Source: Bugula neritina
Taxonomy: Eukaryota; Animalia; Bryozoa
Length of the DNA stretch: 64,000 nucleotides
Assembly: GCA_964035545.1 (NCBI GenBank)
Contig: OZ037767.1
Span: forward strand, 10,550,581-10,614,580
Reading direction: 5' to 3'
Numbering within the stretch: position 1 is the first letter of the stretch; every line of letters begins with the position of its first letter. Positions 50,290-63,235 of the stretch are shown here, one piece after another. The notes beneath the pieces are model-generated. The model was not told the origin of the DNA. It ran no database searches and saw only the letters and a program-made list of their open reading frames with translations. A program made the translations under genes and the position numbers.

Positions 50290-52731
50290 ATGATGAAGGT
50301 AGAACGTGAGCAAGACTGGCTGTTCGTTGCAGGTATTTCAATATATACTTTAAAATCTTGATACCTTTAATATGTGAAATGAGTGTATCCCTCTGAGTTT
50401 TATTATAGATAAAATATTGCAAAAGATAATGTTCCAACATTTGTTTTTCAAAATTTAACTTTTTCATAAATAGTCCAAGTCATAAAGACAAGCAAATGCA
50501 CTTTATGCAATTGCATCACAATGCATGCTTTTTACAAATGATACTTTGCACAAAAAGCTTTTTTCAAAACTTTTTATGTTACTTATTTAAACTATATTTT
50601 CTAGACATTGACTTTTAATGTCAATGCAACAATTGTTGCGGGGTTGTATTTATAAAAAAAAAAAATATATACATAGTGGTTTTTGCTGTAGCGGTTAAAT
50701 AAATGGTAATTGTAGAGATAAGTTTACCCAGTGGTCCCGGGTGTAATGGTTAGCACACTTGCTTGCAAGCCGCGGAGGTCTCGGGTTCGATTCCCAGTGG
50801 GGGCCATTACTTTTCAAGCTATTTTGGCCTGTAATGAAGTATAGCAGTAGTACTCCGAGAGAGTTGAGAGGTTAGGGGAGCCTGAAGACTGAAGAAGTAG
50901 TAGATAGGCCAGTGGAGTTCAGAGAACTGGGTGGGATGTAGTGATATGTTTACCCATGTAGTCCCCGTGGTGTAATAGTTAGCACACTTGCTTGCAAGCT
51001 GGAGGTCTCGGGTTCGACTCCCAGTGGGGGCAATTATTTTTCATTAATTAGCTGAATTGTTTAATGTTGTTTCTCAAACAATCAATTATTAAGCAAGTCA
51101 TTTCATAACTTTTATCAGATTTTGAAAATATAATGTTATATATATTCACTTTTTTATATCATTACTTATTATCTGATTGAAACTGAAAACAAGCTTTATA
51201 TACTTTTTTGTAGTGCTATTACACCTAGTGATACCTGTCACAAGCCAATGCGACGCTGCCACTGACAGATTCAGAAGATACAGTGTACCAGAGAGCAGGT
51301 CTATCACAGATCATTTGACTGGTGAATCAGTATTCAGTCCAGTTCATGGAATCTGTCTGCTTAGATGCACAGAAGGAGAAAAGTGCAGAGGAATCATTTA
51401 TGATGCTCCACAGAAAAGATGCTTTTTGAAGGATTGTCTGAATCCGCACTTTTTTGTTAATTGGAACGGATCAGATCCAAACTATAGCATTCAGATTTCA
51501 CAGAGAATCAATGTGGAGCCAAACAAACTTCTTGCAAGAGGTATGGAGTGTTGAATTCCAGTAACAATTATGAAAATATTCGGTCATTGAAGTTTTAACC
51601 TTTTATAGGCACTTCATCTTTTAATAAAATTTGAACCTAATGTAAAAAGCTATTTATTAAAATGTTGATCAATTTATTTGACTCATCTTGTAGGAAAACC
51701 TGTCAATATCTCAAGTGTTTATGATCCAAAAAGATTTTCAGCATCGTCAGCAGTGGATGGAGTTTACCTGGTAAATGAGGTACTTGGCAAACATTTTTCT
51801 ATGGTTCACAGTGAGGAAGAATACAGACCCTGGTTAAGAGTAGATCTGGTGAATAATTACTGTGTCTGGGCTGTCAACATTCTCAACAGAGAAAATGGTA
51901 AGGCTAGTAATTAATATACAATTTCTCACACAAAACTACACTAATATACAAATTTATGCTTATGACCCTACTTTTGTGCTAAAACCTTTTTTTGGTAAGG
52001 TCTACAGCAATTTTTTATTTATAGTAGGTACATACTTTTTGAAAAAAACTAAATACTTCCAATAATGGAGTACATATAGAGCAATACTTTGATATAAAAC
52101 AGTTTAATAAATAGGAATTTTTGCTTTCACATGGAGTTATCATGCTCTTTGAACAACAATTTCTTGCATATTGCCAACTTTTTGTATTCGTGTATCTAGA
52201 GTGTGCAGTCTCACCTCAAAAGTACATAAAACTTTATTAGATTAATCTGGCTTGAATCTGTGCATAAATAAGTTGCTATAAATTGCAACAAACTTTCTCA
52301 TATTTTTTGTGTGCCTCAAACAGTTTTGGTTATTATTCATTATTTAAATCAAAAACCTAAAACTTGTTGATGCAATATTATAATAGTTTTATATCATGAT
52401 AAAAATCCAAAAAATGTTGTTTGATTCAGAATACAAAACAAGTGTTGAATGTGCTCTAATATATATTTTTTAACCTTTTTTGCAAGCTCTTAGGAAGTCT
52501 TGGTGGGAAAGATCTATGAATGCTGAAGTTACAGTTGCTATGACCGAAGAAGAAATAGAATTTACTGGAACAAACCCTGAAGTCTTGTGCTACTACCATG
52601 ATGGAATTCTCAACCAATCATTCACCTTAGCTACTTGTAAACAACCAATCAGAGGCCGTTTTGTTCAGATTTTGCTTAATGCTACAACTATTCTAAACAT
52701 ATATGAGATAGAAGTTCATGGAATTTTATAA
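50290..52731 (+). CDS. Secreted PAN/apple + F-type lectin (fucolectin / F5/8 type C-like) protein
   Basis: Predicted exons 50290-50332 (tentative), 51214-51540, 51694-51897, 52487-52731, all phase 1. PAN-like CLLRC...C.GIIY...CFLK; F-lectin motifs LARGKP..SS, ASSAVDG, H...RPWLRVDL, V..LNR, C...IRGRFVQI, LNIYEIEV. Confidence 0.8.
50722..51043 (+). repeat. Two tandem tRNA-like units (~225-bp period); tRNA-derived repeat or pseudo-tRNAs
   Basis: TGGTGTAATxGTTAGCAC (A box) ... GGTTCGAxTCCC (B box) at ~50732-50804 and ~50962-51031, each followed by a T-run. The anticodon stem does not pair cleanly. Confidence 0.7.
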
Positions 52732-55687
52732 AACGACAAGTGAATGAATACTATTTTATAATTGTTTGTGTTGAAGCCATTATTGATTTTTTTTATCTTT
52801 TTTTATGTGTCTAAAGTTGTGTTGTAATTATGTAGCATACCTGAACTGTTTTTGGGTTCAAACGAGTTTGGACGGATTGAGGGTCAAGAGAGACAATTCA
52901 AGGACCTACTGACAATAATTTATACTGTATAAGTCAATTATTTTTAATAAGTGCTATATTTTGGTATAATCATAGACACAAATTACCTATAAATACAAGT
53001 TTCAATTCATAGTTTTTTTTTTCTTTTTTCTACTTAGCATAATGTTGCATATAGATTATAGACATTTAAACCAAATGCTAGTTATCATATGGAAATACTC
53101 ACCATCATAAAGATGATGAAGAGCTTGGTGGTTGTAGATTAAATAATCACGCAGAAACGAAATACCCAACTGTTCTTGTGATTTGGTTTCTCTTGTAATT
53201 CAAGTATTGTATAATAGTTGTTATATTTCAAACTGCAAACTATATGTAGCAATATACTACAATAAGTTTGGTAAAATGATTTGCAAAATTGTTAGTAATT
53301 TTATTTCTATGGAATACACATTTGAAAGATCAATGTTGAAACCAACTGCATGCAGTTACTAAATAAATACAAACTTTTAATCAGTATGACAAAAAGTTTA
53401 AATTCCAATGCAAATAACTGGTTTCTGTTATGTAAACAGCATTTTCGATAATGTTTCTATGAAGTTATGACAATTTGGAATCTGTTTTAAATAAAGGTTT
53501 TCAAATATTGGTCTATATATTATTAAAACTATTTACCTAGAATATTTTAACAGCTCATTTGTAATTCCCTTAATTTTTTAAGAATATTTCAAAAGAAAGT
53601 TTCTAGGTCAAGTAAGGTCTGTAATAACTTTCTGAAATATGCAATGTGACAAAGTTGAGACCAAAAAAATGCTCTCTAACTGAAAATAACAATAATCTCA
53701 CAAATATTAGGAATTCAAGCAAGCCGCAAGTGGTGTCTAAATTTATGTTGAATCTTGAAACATCTTTTCCATATAAAGCTAGAAATCTTAGCCATTAGAC
53801 GTCATAAAATCAATAACTCATTTAAATATGTTTGTGAAAATATATTATTTTATCACTAGATGAGTTCATTGACTATAGAAAATTGTGTGAAGCCTTTAAA
53901 TCACCTACGTACAACTTTCTTCCAAATGTTATCAACTCTACAAATCAAGAACGTAAATATACTGGCAGACTAAACCTAATTGCTTTTTGCCTACAAATTC
54001 AGATATTATATATTATGAAAAACAACTCAAAATAGTGTTGAACCACACACAACATAAGCTATAATATGTACACTATAATATTTTATAATTGCCAGAGTAA
54101 AAGATATATGCAAAAGCAGAAGCACCATTTTTTATAAATTGGAAGGTTTCAATTATATTCCCCAATTTTTTGTTTGTGTTTCTTTTTGTATGTCATTTCC
54201 AGCTTTTGTGTTGACAGGCATAACATTTTTGATTGGTGAAGTACAATGTGTTTTTAGCAGTGATGTCATAGCAGACCCTTTTCCAGTAACTTCCATACCC
54301 CTTTGCAATTAAAAGTTGTGTCCTCCCAAAGTGAATAGGTCAAACCTTTCAATAAAGAGCAAGCTCATTGGAAATAATTTATACAGTTTGTCTGCTACTT
54401 GAAATTTTAACTATGTAATAGACTAACATTTTTAAGATATAGATATTTTGGTACAAGCACGCATATTGACAATTAAGCTTTTTTTTAAATTATTCTTTTA
54501 TGAAAAATTTTGAAGGAAATAAACTTGAAATCATTTTTGTGTGGCTTTGGTTATTAAGCGATGTCAAAGTAGCAGCTATGATATAAGTCCCATTAATCAT
54601 TTGTTGTGCTCTTTAAAGTATAATTACTTAAACATGCTAAAACAGTCAACTCACTGGCCGTAAATCCCATATGCTGTACATACATGTAACCAGCAGGCAT
54701 GTGCCCTAAGACAGTGCAAGCTTTAGTATACAGACCTGGAACTAGACCAATTAAGAGTTAGAAAGCCAACAGATATAAAGTGGTGAAAGCCAGCACAACA
54801 ATTGCTAGAACAAATGTTAAAGTTTTTTTGCAAAGTTTTTTTTGTGAGACGTTATATCAAAATAATTTGGCTTTGGAAAAAAATTTCAAGAAAGCTGTTA
54901 CATCTTTTTGCTCCTTAAAAAGTATTAAAATTAATTTAGCACACTATTCATATAACAGAAAAAACAACTCCCTTTTAAAAAAGCACATATGAAGTATTAA
55001 TTTTCAAACAAATCAATTCCAAAACATTTACAACAAAGTACTTGGTAATTAGTATAATGCTATATAATAGTTAAGAGCATGAAAAAAATAGTATTTTATT
55101 TTACACAAAAATACTGGTAATTTTTTTGGAAGTAATAGCATTTTATTCATCAATTAGGTCAATTGGCAGCTGATTATTAAAATATTATTTTAAACAAATT
55201 TCTAAAAATCTTTAGAGATAAATTAGGAAAGTTATTGAAAGCGTATCAATTAGTTAAAAGAAAGAATAGTAAAGCATATTATATAGTAGGTTGATAGCTA
55301 AGCGTAGGCTCAGAGTTATACTAAAATTACTCAAATAATATAAACTTGGGCTCAGGATACATTTTTTGAAGCTGGCTGCATAGAACTGTACAGACACATT
55401 GACACAAATGAGCTCATCTTGGCTCTATAGTCAAGTTACATATGCAAATACTGGTGTGACAACTCCATATAACAGCTGGCATCATGTCATTTCACTGCTA
55501 TCATCAAACAATTTATTTTTTCTGGCAGAAAATATTAAACAATCAAAACAAGACAAGTGAAATATTGGACTTGCAAAAGAAAAAGGCAGCTCAGCAAAAA
55601 ACTTTATTATTCTGGACAAACAAATGTAATCAGGTAAACAAAAATATTGCCAGCGGAACAGTGAAAGCTATATAATTAGGTCAAATA

Positions 55688-56161
55688 TCACCCACTTGAA
55701 GATTCACCACAAGCATATGCATATGTGCATGTACCTTTGCTGTTTGAGTAGCTCTCATAACCATCATAATCTTTTCCTTCACAGTATGACTTGCAGTTGC
55801 TCTCTCCATCACATGCCCATCCGCCGGTACTAAAACTGTTAAGAAAATACACTTTAGTTTGTGAAATTTGACCAGATTTTTAAATGCATTTGTATGATGC
55901 TAATTTTTGTAACAGTAAAGTGACATTATAGCATATAGAAATTGTATAATAATAATTAGGCATAGTAGAGTTTTTAAAGTTAATAACACATTAAGAAAAC
56001 ATAAAATCGGTGGCTATAATAATCTATACCTGTATCGATTGATGTAAATCATTATATATTACAGAAATATTTATTTTTACTATTTTTGTTATTTTTGTGT
56101 TACAGACTAACCATAACTTACACAGTGCACTGACAACTCCAGTTACACTGAGAATCTTCAT
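55688..56161 (-). pseudogene. Cys-rich peptide copy E (1-nt deletion, shortened signal exon)
   Basis: Signal exon 56161-56122 (MKILSVTGVVSAL) is 12 nt shorter than in B. Exon 55835-55688 has GGGCATGT instead of GGG GCx TGT (frameshift). The ancestral frame reads CDGESNCKSYCEGKDYDGYESYSNSKGTCTYAYACGESSSG*, with the fourth Cys lost. Confidence 0.75.
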
Positions 56162-56899
56162 GTAGCTTCAGTTTCTATAATATATCATAAGTAAATATTA
56201 TATTATTATAAATGCTGATTGTATTATAATTTATATGTAGTAAATATTATATGGATGCTGATTCACATGGCTTCTTTTCTTTCTTTTAACCAATTAATTG
56301 CTGAGCTGTTATGACCTTTTTATAAAGTCTTCTTAGACTTGTTCAAAACTATGTATATTTATTCATCAGTTGCGAATTGACCTATCTGTTGAATGGAATA
56401 CTCTTACAATTTTACTAGATTGTTTGTGCAAAAAAAATTTTTTTTCAAGTTTTCTTGTAATTCTCTATATCTTTATGAAAATGTTTAACTAAATTGCTTA
56501 GAAAGGACACAACTCTTAATTATAAATTGGGTATTTGGGACATTTGAAAAGGGCCTATACTATTCATTATCAAAAAACATGTGGCCACCCTGTCATACTG
56601 TAGGCCTTCATCAGGATCAGCCCCACAATAGTGACACACCCCAAAAAAAAGTTGTATGCCTGGGCAATGATATAGGAAGGACATGCTGTTACCCAAATAG
56701 CTTTTTTTCCCTTTTCTTGTTGCTGACAAATTCAAAGAAACAGCAGGGCTGTTACTGTTTGGCAAAAACGCCATCACAGAAGCTGCTACAGCAATGTTGT
56801 AAACAACAACAAACTGCCTTAAGGGCTCCAACTCCAGGTTTGTCCTCGGGGTTCACTCTCCATACAAGCCTTTATCATGGTTGGGTATTGCCACAAGGC

Positions 56900-57105
56900 A
56901 GCGGCCGAGACTTCTGGCTTGCAAGGAAGTATACTAACCATTACACCATGGGGACCACTGGGTAAACTGAACACTTCATTCTACTCAGTTCTCGAAAAAC
57001 TCCACTGGCCTCTTTACTACTCCTCTAGTCTTTAGGCTGCCCTGGCCTTTCAACTCCCCCGAAGTACTACTACACTTTACTAAAGGCTGAAATAGCTTGA
57101 AAAAG
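56900..57105 (-). repeat. Spacer plus partial tRNA-like unit of the same family
   Basis: Reverse complement matches the 50810-50950 spacer followed by GTTTACCCAGTGGTCCCCATGGTGTAATGGTTAG; 3' half lost. Confidence 0.65.
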
Positions 57106-57600
57106 CTTTGAGTTTTTTTCTTTCTTTTTTTTATTTATATCGGAAAGGAAGGGTGACTTTCCGATGGGGGAAAGATGTAGTAAATCTGGGATCTATCTAA
57201 CACTCTTGCGTTATAGATGCCTTAACTGTTTTTCTTTGTGTAAATAACTATGTTTCCTTGTATTTGTTGATCCCTCGCAGGGTCTCCGATCTTTAGTTGA
57301 GTCCGACACCCGAAATAGTCCAGGATGTCCAAAAAATTGGAGGGTTTGGATGTCTGTTTCAGTCGGAAGTCGGGTGCCAGATTCAAGCAATTCGGATGTC
57401 CGAGAGGCGATTGGACACCTGAATTCAGGCTGAAAATTGGGCCTTTGTGCAAGAAATATTTTAGTATAAAAGGCAGCTGGTTTTTGTTGCTAACCTGTCT
57501 TGGCAAGGTATTACTACGGACTACTTGGAACTATTGGCTAACCACTTAACTATATCAGCATCCATTCAATAAACTCTCCGCGTCTACAACCTATCTCAAT

Positions 57601-57812
57601 GGGAGCAGCTGTGGTCTAGGGGTTAGAGTGTTTGCCTAGTAAGCATAAAGGTCATGGGTTCGAGCCCGGACAATGACCATTGGCCATGTTAGAAAAAGCA
57701 TTCAGTCATATTATTTGCCTCTGTGCCTCATCTTAATAAATCCTTAGACTGCTTTAACAAAAACCTCTTCCATCAGGGTTTTCTCACAGGGATAGTAACT
57801 ATAAACCTGTGT
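57601..57812 (+). mobile_element. tRNA-derived SINE (second family)
   Basis: GGGAGCAGCTGTGGTCTAGGGGTTAGAG...GGTTCGAGCCC head, with a body shared with 60006-60200. May extend further 3'. Confidence 0.7.
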
Positions 57813-59756
57813 AAGTTGTTTTATCTCCAAGCTATCTCATCTTGCTCAGACACTCACATAGAGTATATGTTTGATTAGACAATCTGCACGTTTATAACAG
57901 CATTGCTGTAAGGCAGCAGAGGTTCTCGATGAGAGTTTTCTTTCTCCAAGATAAGCTGTCCTCCCAGACTAATGAGCCCCATCTAACTATTGACAAAAAG
58001 TACAACTTGAATAGCTTTCACTTCACTTTGTAACCAAAGAATGACAGTTTACATGCATTCAGTATAAACAGTCATATTCAGTACAATTTGCAAAATCTGT
58101 AGTATGTTGTATGATACTGCTTACAAACTATTTTCAATAAATAATTATTTTGCAACTTTTTTTGAACTGATCAAAACCCTGAAGTTTTTGTTGCGAGGCA
58201 TAATTTTTATTTGAGAAAGAAAAGTAACAAACTCTTGTACAAGGGGGTGAGTTTCAACACCAGAGATGCTGGTAGCAGATTGTACCACAATTCATAATTT
58301 GGATTTAATTTGGCTTATTACTGCCACCAGTCTAAAATGTGTTGATAATATGCAGCTGTGCTTTTACACATTATCCAAAATAATAACCTCAAAAACCTAT
58401 CTTGAATAATGAAATCTAGGTCACCATGTAGTATAACAAAAGGGCATTAAATATTAGGTCAACAGATTTGTAACAATCATCATTTATCGATTTATATCAT
58501 TGAATAATAGAAAAGCCCTTTTAATTTGAGCGCTATAATTACTAAGATGAGGCTATTGGTATAGCAACATTCAATTTCCGGAGGTAAAATTGACGACAAG
58601 CAAAAGTATATTTACAGGATTTTATGATCTGACCATCACAAAAATGTGATATAGGCAAAGTGAGAATCACAAATAATGTGATTATAACGATGGTAGTCCT
58701 GGCATCTGGTTTTAAAGTAGTATAATTATAATACGAATCCTGCACAGTTCTCTTGACCTGGTGCTTTGCTGAATTATACAAACCACTTTGTCCAGTTGGC
58801 AGTTACAAACTAATCAGCTGAAAGGTACCAGCTAAGTAAGGTTACAACTAAACTTAAGAATTGTATATAAAAGCTTTAGCTAGCATTCTGATTGCTCATA
58901 TTATGACAAGTAATTGACACAAATGGTAACTACAGGTAAGTTAACCTATAACCATGTTTCTTGTTTAAAATATTTTCTAATTTTCACCTGTTAGGCTTAT
59001 CCTGTATCAATATATTGTAGTAATTTGTGCAATTACTATGCGTGGGTTTTTGCTTGCGTATTTAGTATGCTTTTCTAACTAGTAATTACTAGGGTAGCTG
59101 CCGTGTAATAACCTTTATTATCCACAATAAAGTACGATACAAACATTATATCAATTTACAATACAACATCAGTCACTACTAATACGTATATACACTTCGA
59201 GTCCTCGCTCACAACAACGTGATAATTGCTAACTACCCGGGAACTGTCACATGGGTCGCAAGTTCATTTTCCGGTTCTTCTTATTAGATAATACATTAGG
59301 GCCTTTAGTATTCCCCGAACGGAGAGGAGATGATTCTATATTATTATACTGCGTGACCCACTACACCATGTCAAAAGCTATTTTAAACCAAAGATGACAT
59401 CCATATTTTTTAAATAATTAACATCCAACAACCATTATGTGAAAATGTGAAATGGAAATAAATTTCACAGAAAAAAAAAATCCATGGTAGTCTTTAACCT
59501 TAATCTTAAATAAGGAATTTTTTTCTCAAGTAACCAATCTTGACTACAAAAATTAATAATATTAATTGTTCTCTACTAAACTAAAAGTCACAAATGAGTT
59601 AATATTATGAAAAAAGGTTTTTAAGATGTTTTGTAGTAGTTTTATTAAATTATTTTTATGGAGGGTGTTGTATTTTATAGCTAACATTCTACTACATATG
59701 CAATAAACATGTATCTATATAATATTTATCTATAATGTTATAGAAACTAAATAAGC

Positions 59757-60469
59757 ATGAAGATCCTCAGTGTAATTGTGATTGTCAGTATAGTCATCAG
59801 TGCACTGGGTAAGTTAAAATTAGTCTGTAGCACAGAAATAGCGAAACTAGTAAAATTAAGCATATCAAATAATTATTAATATACCTACAATCAATGCAGG
59901 TGTTTCAATTTGCCTCAAATTTGGCCTGTTTCAAATGTTTTATTAGCTTTATAAACTTTACTATGCCTTATTATATTGCTTGTATGTACCGTAACACCTC
60001 CTATAGGGAGCAGCAGAGGTCTAGAGCGTTTGCCTAGTAAGTGGGAAGTCATGGGTTCAAGCCCCGACAAAGGCCACTTGTGATGTTAAGAAGAGCATCC
60101 AGTCATAATTGCTCTTGTGCTTCATCTAAATAAGTCTTTAGCCCGAATTAACAAAAAAAACTTTCTATCAGGGGCTTTCTCACAGGGATAGAGACTATGA
60201 ATTTGCCAGAGATTTTTACTGTTAACGCCTCCCCTCTTCTTACATAATTTAGCATTGTACAACTAAGTTTAACAATATCATCAAAGTTCTTTAAACTAAA
60301 TTGTATTTTTTTAACAGTTTTATTACCAATGGATGGAGCGTGCGTTGAAAAAAGTATTTGCAAGTCATTCTGTGAAAAAAAGAGATACAAATATGATAGC
60401 CACTCAGACAAAAAATGTTCATGTACAATCACATATGCTTTTGGTTGTGCTGAAGCTTCATTTGGATGA
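59757..60469 (+). CDS. Secreted six-cysteine defensin-like peptide precursor, copy F (intact, 67 aa)
   Basis: Exons 59757-59808 and 60318-60469: MKILSVIVIVSIVISALVLLPMDG-ACVEKSICKSFCEKKRYKYDSHSDKKCSCTITYAFGCAEASFG*. Same Cys spacing and length as copy B; a SINE sits in the intron. Confidence 0.85.
60006..60200 (+). mobile_element. tRNA-derived SINE (second family) in the intron of peptide copy F
   Basis: Colinear with 57601-57812 (…tttgcctagtaag…gtcatgggttc…cagtcata…ttctcacagggatag); absent from the introns of the other peptide copies. Confidence 0.7.
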
Positions 60470-61755
60470 TCTTTGACCTAATTATGGTTTTCACCTTTTA
60501 GTTAACAACATTGTTAGTCATCTGATTACATTTTTCTTATTCGCAATAAGAAATAGCTTGTGCTGCTGGTTATTTCTATATATAAGTAAAAATTTCTTTC
60601 ACCAATAAAATTAATAAAAAATGCATGTATCTTATTTCCATTGTTACAACTTTTCTGCCAGAAAAAAATAAATTGTTTGAAGTCTTTTTTGAGAAATTAG
60701 CCACATTTGTTTTAAAATTTAAAGTGCAAGTTATGGTAAGCATATTTTTTACTTTAGATCAATGATGAAGTTGAAGCTACTCACAATTCTGAACTAGCCT
60801 ATTGTATGTCATAAAACCTAACTCCGTAAATTAGCATACAATAACAGTTGCATAATGCAGAAATAAAGTCTAGTTATATAGCTTCATAGAAAATGCAATT
60901 TATTTCTCAGAAACAACTTAATTCAATTGTGCAGAAAAATGTTACATACAGAAGGAAAACTAGTTAGAAAGACAAAATTCATTCAAATAAAGTAATTACA
61001 TACTTTTACCATAAACCAAATCTGTCATGAATAAACATTAGTATGAAGACTTCGTTGTATCAGTTACAAAGCAAACGTTTGTAAAATCTACTAATTACTA
61101 GCAATTAACTGCAATTGGCAATGCGTAAGGTAGTACTGTCATGCTATAGCAGACAAGGATTACACACAAATCTAAATTGTTACCATCAACTCACTACACA
61201 TGTGAATAAATATGTTTAACCAGTTTATTAATGTGCAACAGATTACTATACAATAAAAATAACTATTGAGCCAGTATGGTACTTGAGCTGCACTAATTCA
61301 TGGTTCAATGTTGTCTTCTTTTTATATCTTGTATTCTGAAGATATTTTTAGCTCCCGTTTTATAATTCAAGATAGCCGTGTGACGGCACCAATAAGTGTA
61401 TATTATTCATGAGTTTTTGGTAGATCACTTGATGGTTTTGTGCATGAAGGAGAGCGAAGATTAATAGCAGTAAAAGATGTCTTCTCTATGGATTTATTGA
61501 AATATGCTGTTGGTTCTCTTGAACTTCTAAATTGCAGAGCAGTTTTTTGGTGTGCAATCTTATGATAAATATTACTCACCACCGACATCAAATGTTTTCA
61601 CAGTGCATAGCTAATGTCAAAATCCTATTTTACAGTCTATGTCAGACCTTCTGACAATGTAGCTAAATGTTGACTTCCAACTGATCTTACACTTATATTC
61701 CTAGGAATATTATGTAAAAGTAATTATAGTTCTAACTTTATACCCAGTTTGGTGT

Positions 61756-62004
<249 letters not shown>

Positions 62005-62749
62005 ACAGTACATAATGTCCTATACAGGGTATATTATAAAGTCTATTGTAGATTTCATACGGTGTAGATATATAGTATATAGTAGACTATAGTGTATATT
62101 GTTGTGTTTTTTAATAGTGTTAAACAAGAGTAAGCAGTAAGATTACACATGTATAAGTAACAGTGACTGCAGAACAGAATGTGTGACTGTATTGTATTAA
62201 AGCTATAGCAAGTAACTGCCATTAAAAATACAAGCATATGTAAAAATTGACAGAATAATAAATGACTAGTATTTTTGTATGGCAAAAACTGTATATAATG
62301 AATCTAATTAAGTATACATTAGAATAAGAGGTAATATTGTGCTTAAATTGTAGTAGATATCATAATATATCTCTATAATGTTGTGTGTTGACAAGCTAGT
62401 TCATAACATATAGCACTCCTCCCTCACAAATTTATGGCTTTTACCAATCTGACTGTTTGCGCTCTCTAGATGGATAGCGCCTTTCAGGAGGATGGACAAT
62501 ATTATTATCAGCTTGGTGTGTGTTGAGTACAACTGCTTTCTCTATATTCTTAGACGGGATGCAAATTTGAAGCGAATTAGCATGCCTATTGCAGTTGCCA
62601 CTGTCTGTTTGTACTATGTAAATAGCATTTCCTTATTTTCATATGATTGTTCTTGAAATCCACTTAAGACCAGAAATGTGAGTCAATAGTGAACTAACTG
62701 TATTGTCTTTTCCGAGAGAAGTATTTTATCTTTCATGAATCTCTGCAGT

Positions 62750-63005
62750 AAAGCATGTGATGTAGTCAGTTGTATATATAATATAGCATATAGTATAGTC
62801 AATTATATGTATCTTATAGCATATAGTACAGTATATAGCATGTGGTATAGTCAGTTGTATGTATAGTATAGCATATAGTATAGTATAGCATGTAGTATAG
62901 TCAGTTGTATGTATAGTATAGCATATAGTATAGTATATAGCATGTAGTGATATAGTCAGTTGTATGTATAGTATAGCATATAGTATAGTCAGTCATACGT
63001 ATAGT
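62750..63005 (+). repeat. ~45-50 bp degenerate minisatellite (TAGTCAGTTGTATGTATAGTATAGCATATAGTATAG…)
   Basis: About five copies directly visible. Confidence 0.85.
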
Positions 63006-63101
63006 AGATGATTAATTGGTGACTGCAGTAAATTTACAGTGGAGAGTGACTATACTGAAATCAAGTAAATTATCAGCCCCTGTTTATAATACAACACTCA
63101 G

Positions 63102-63235
63102 ATGATCGAAACCTATGATGCCGTTGATACGAAGTAATTTTAAGGAGAGCTCATAGATAACATCAGCATTCAACTTTTCACCATCAACATAAATGAAGTC
63201 AAATGTTTCACTCTCACCTCCTTCTATCAGGGATT
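63102..63235 (-). pseudogene. Class I (CCoAOMT/COMTD1-like) O-methyltransferase exon, probably decayed
   Basis: SLIEGGESETFDFIYVDGEKLNADVIYELSLKLLRINGIIGFDH matches the L...GE.GTFD...VDADK..Y..Y.E..L.LLRPGG.I..DN motif. The expected donor reads CTGAGT rather than GTGAGT. A possible final exon (~62640-62743) contains a stop. Confidence 0.6.

Noticed and set aside
50732-51031. Functional tRNA genes
   Set aside because: Anticodon stems pair poorly, and copies differ in stem positions while sharing flanks; reported as tRNA-derived repeats.
57278-57421. Small element with CAGG(G)T.TCC.ATC-like inverted ends
   Set aside because: Short imperfect TIRs, no TSD, single copy.
59089-59288. Possible non-autonomous Helitron on the minus strand (5' TC … CTAG 3' at an A|T site)
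   Set aside because: Termini fit, but there is no clear subterminal hairpin, second copy or clean empty site in the window.
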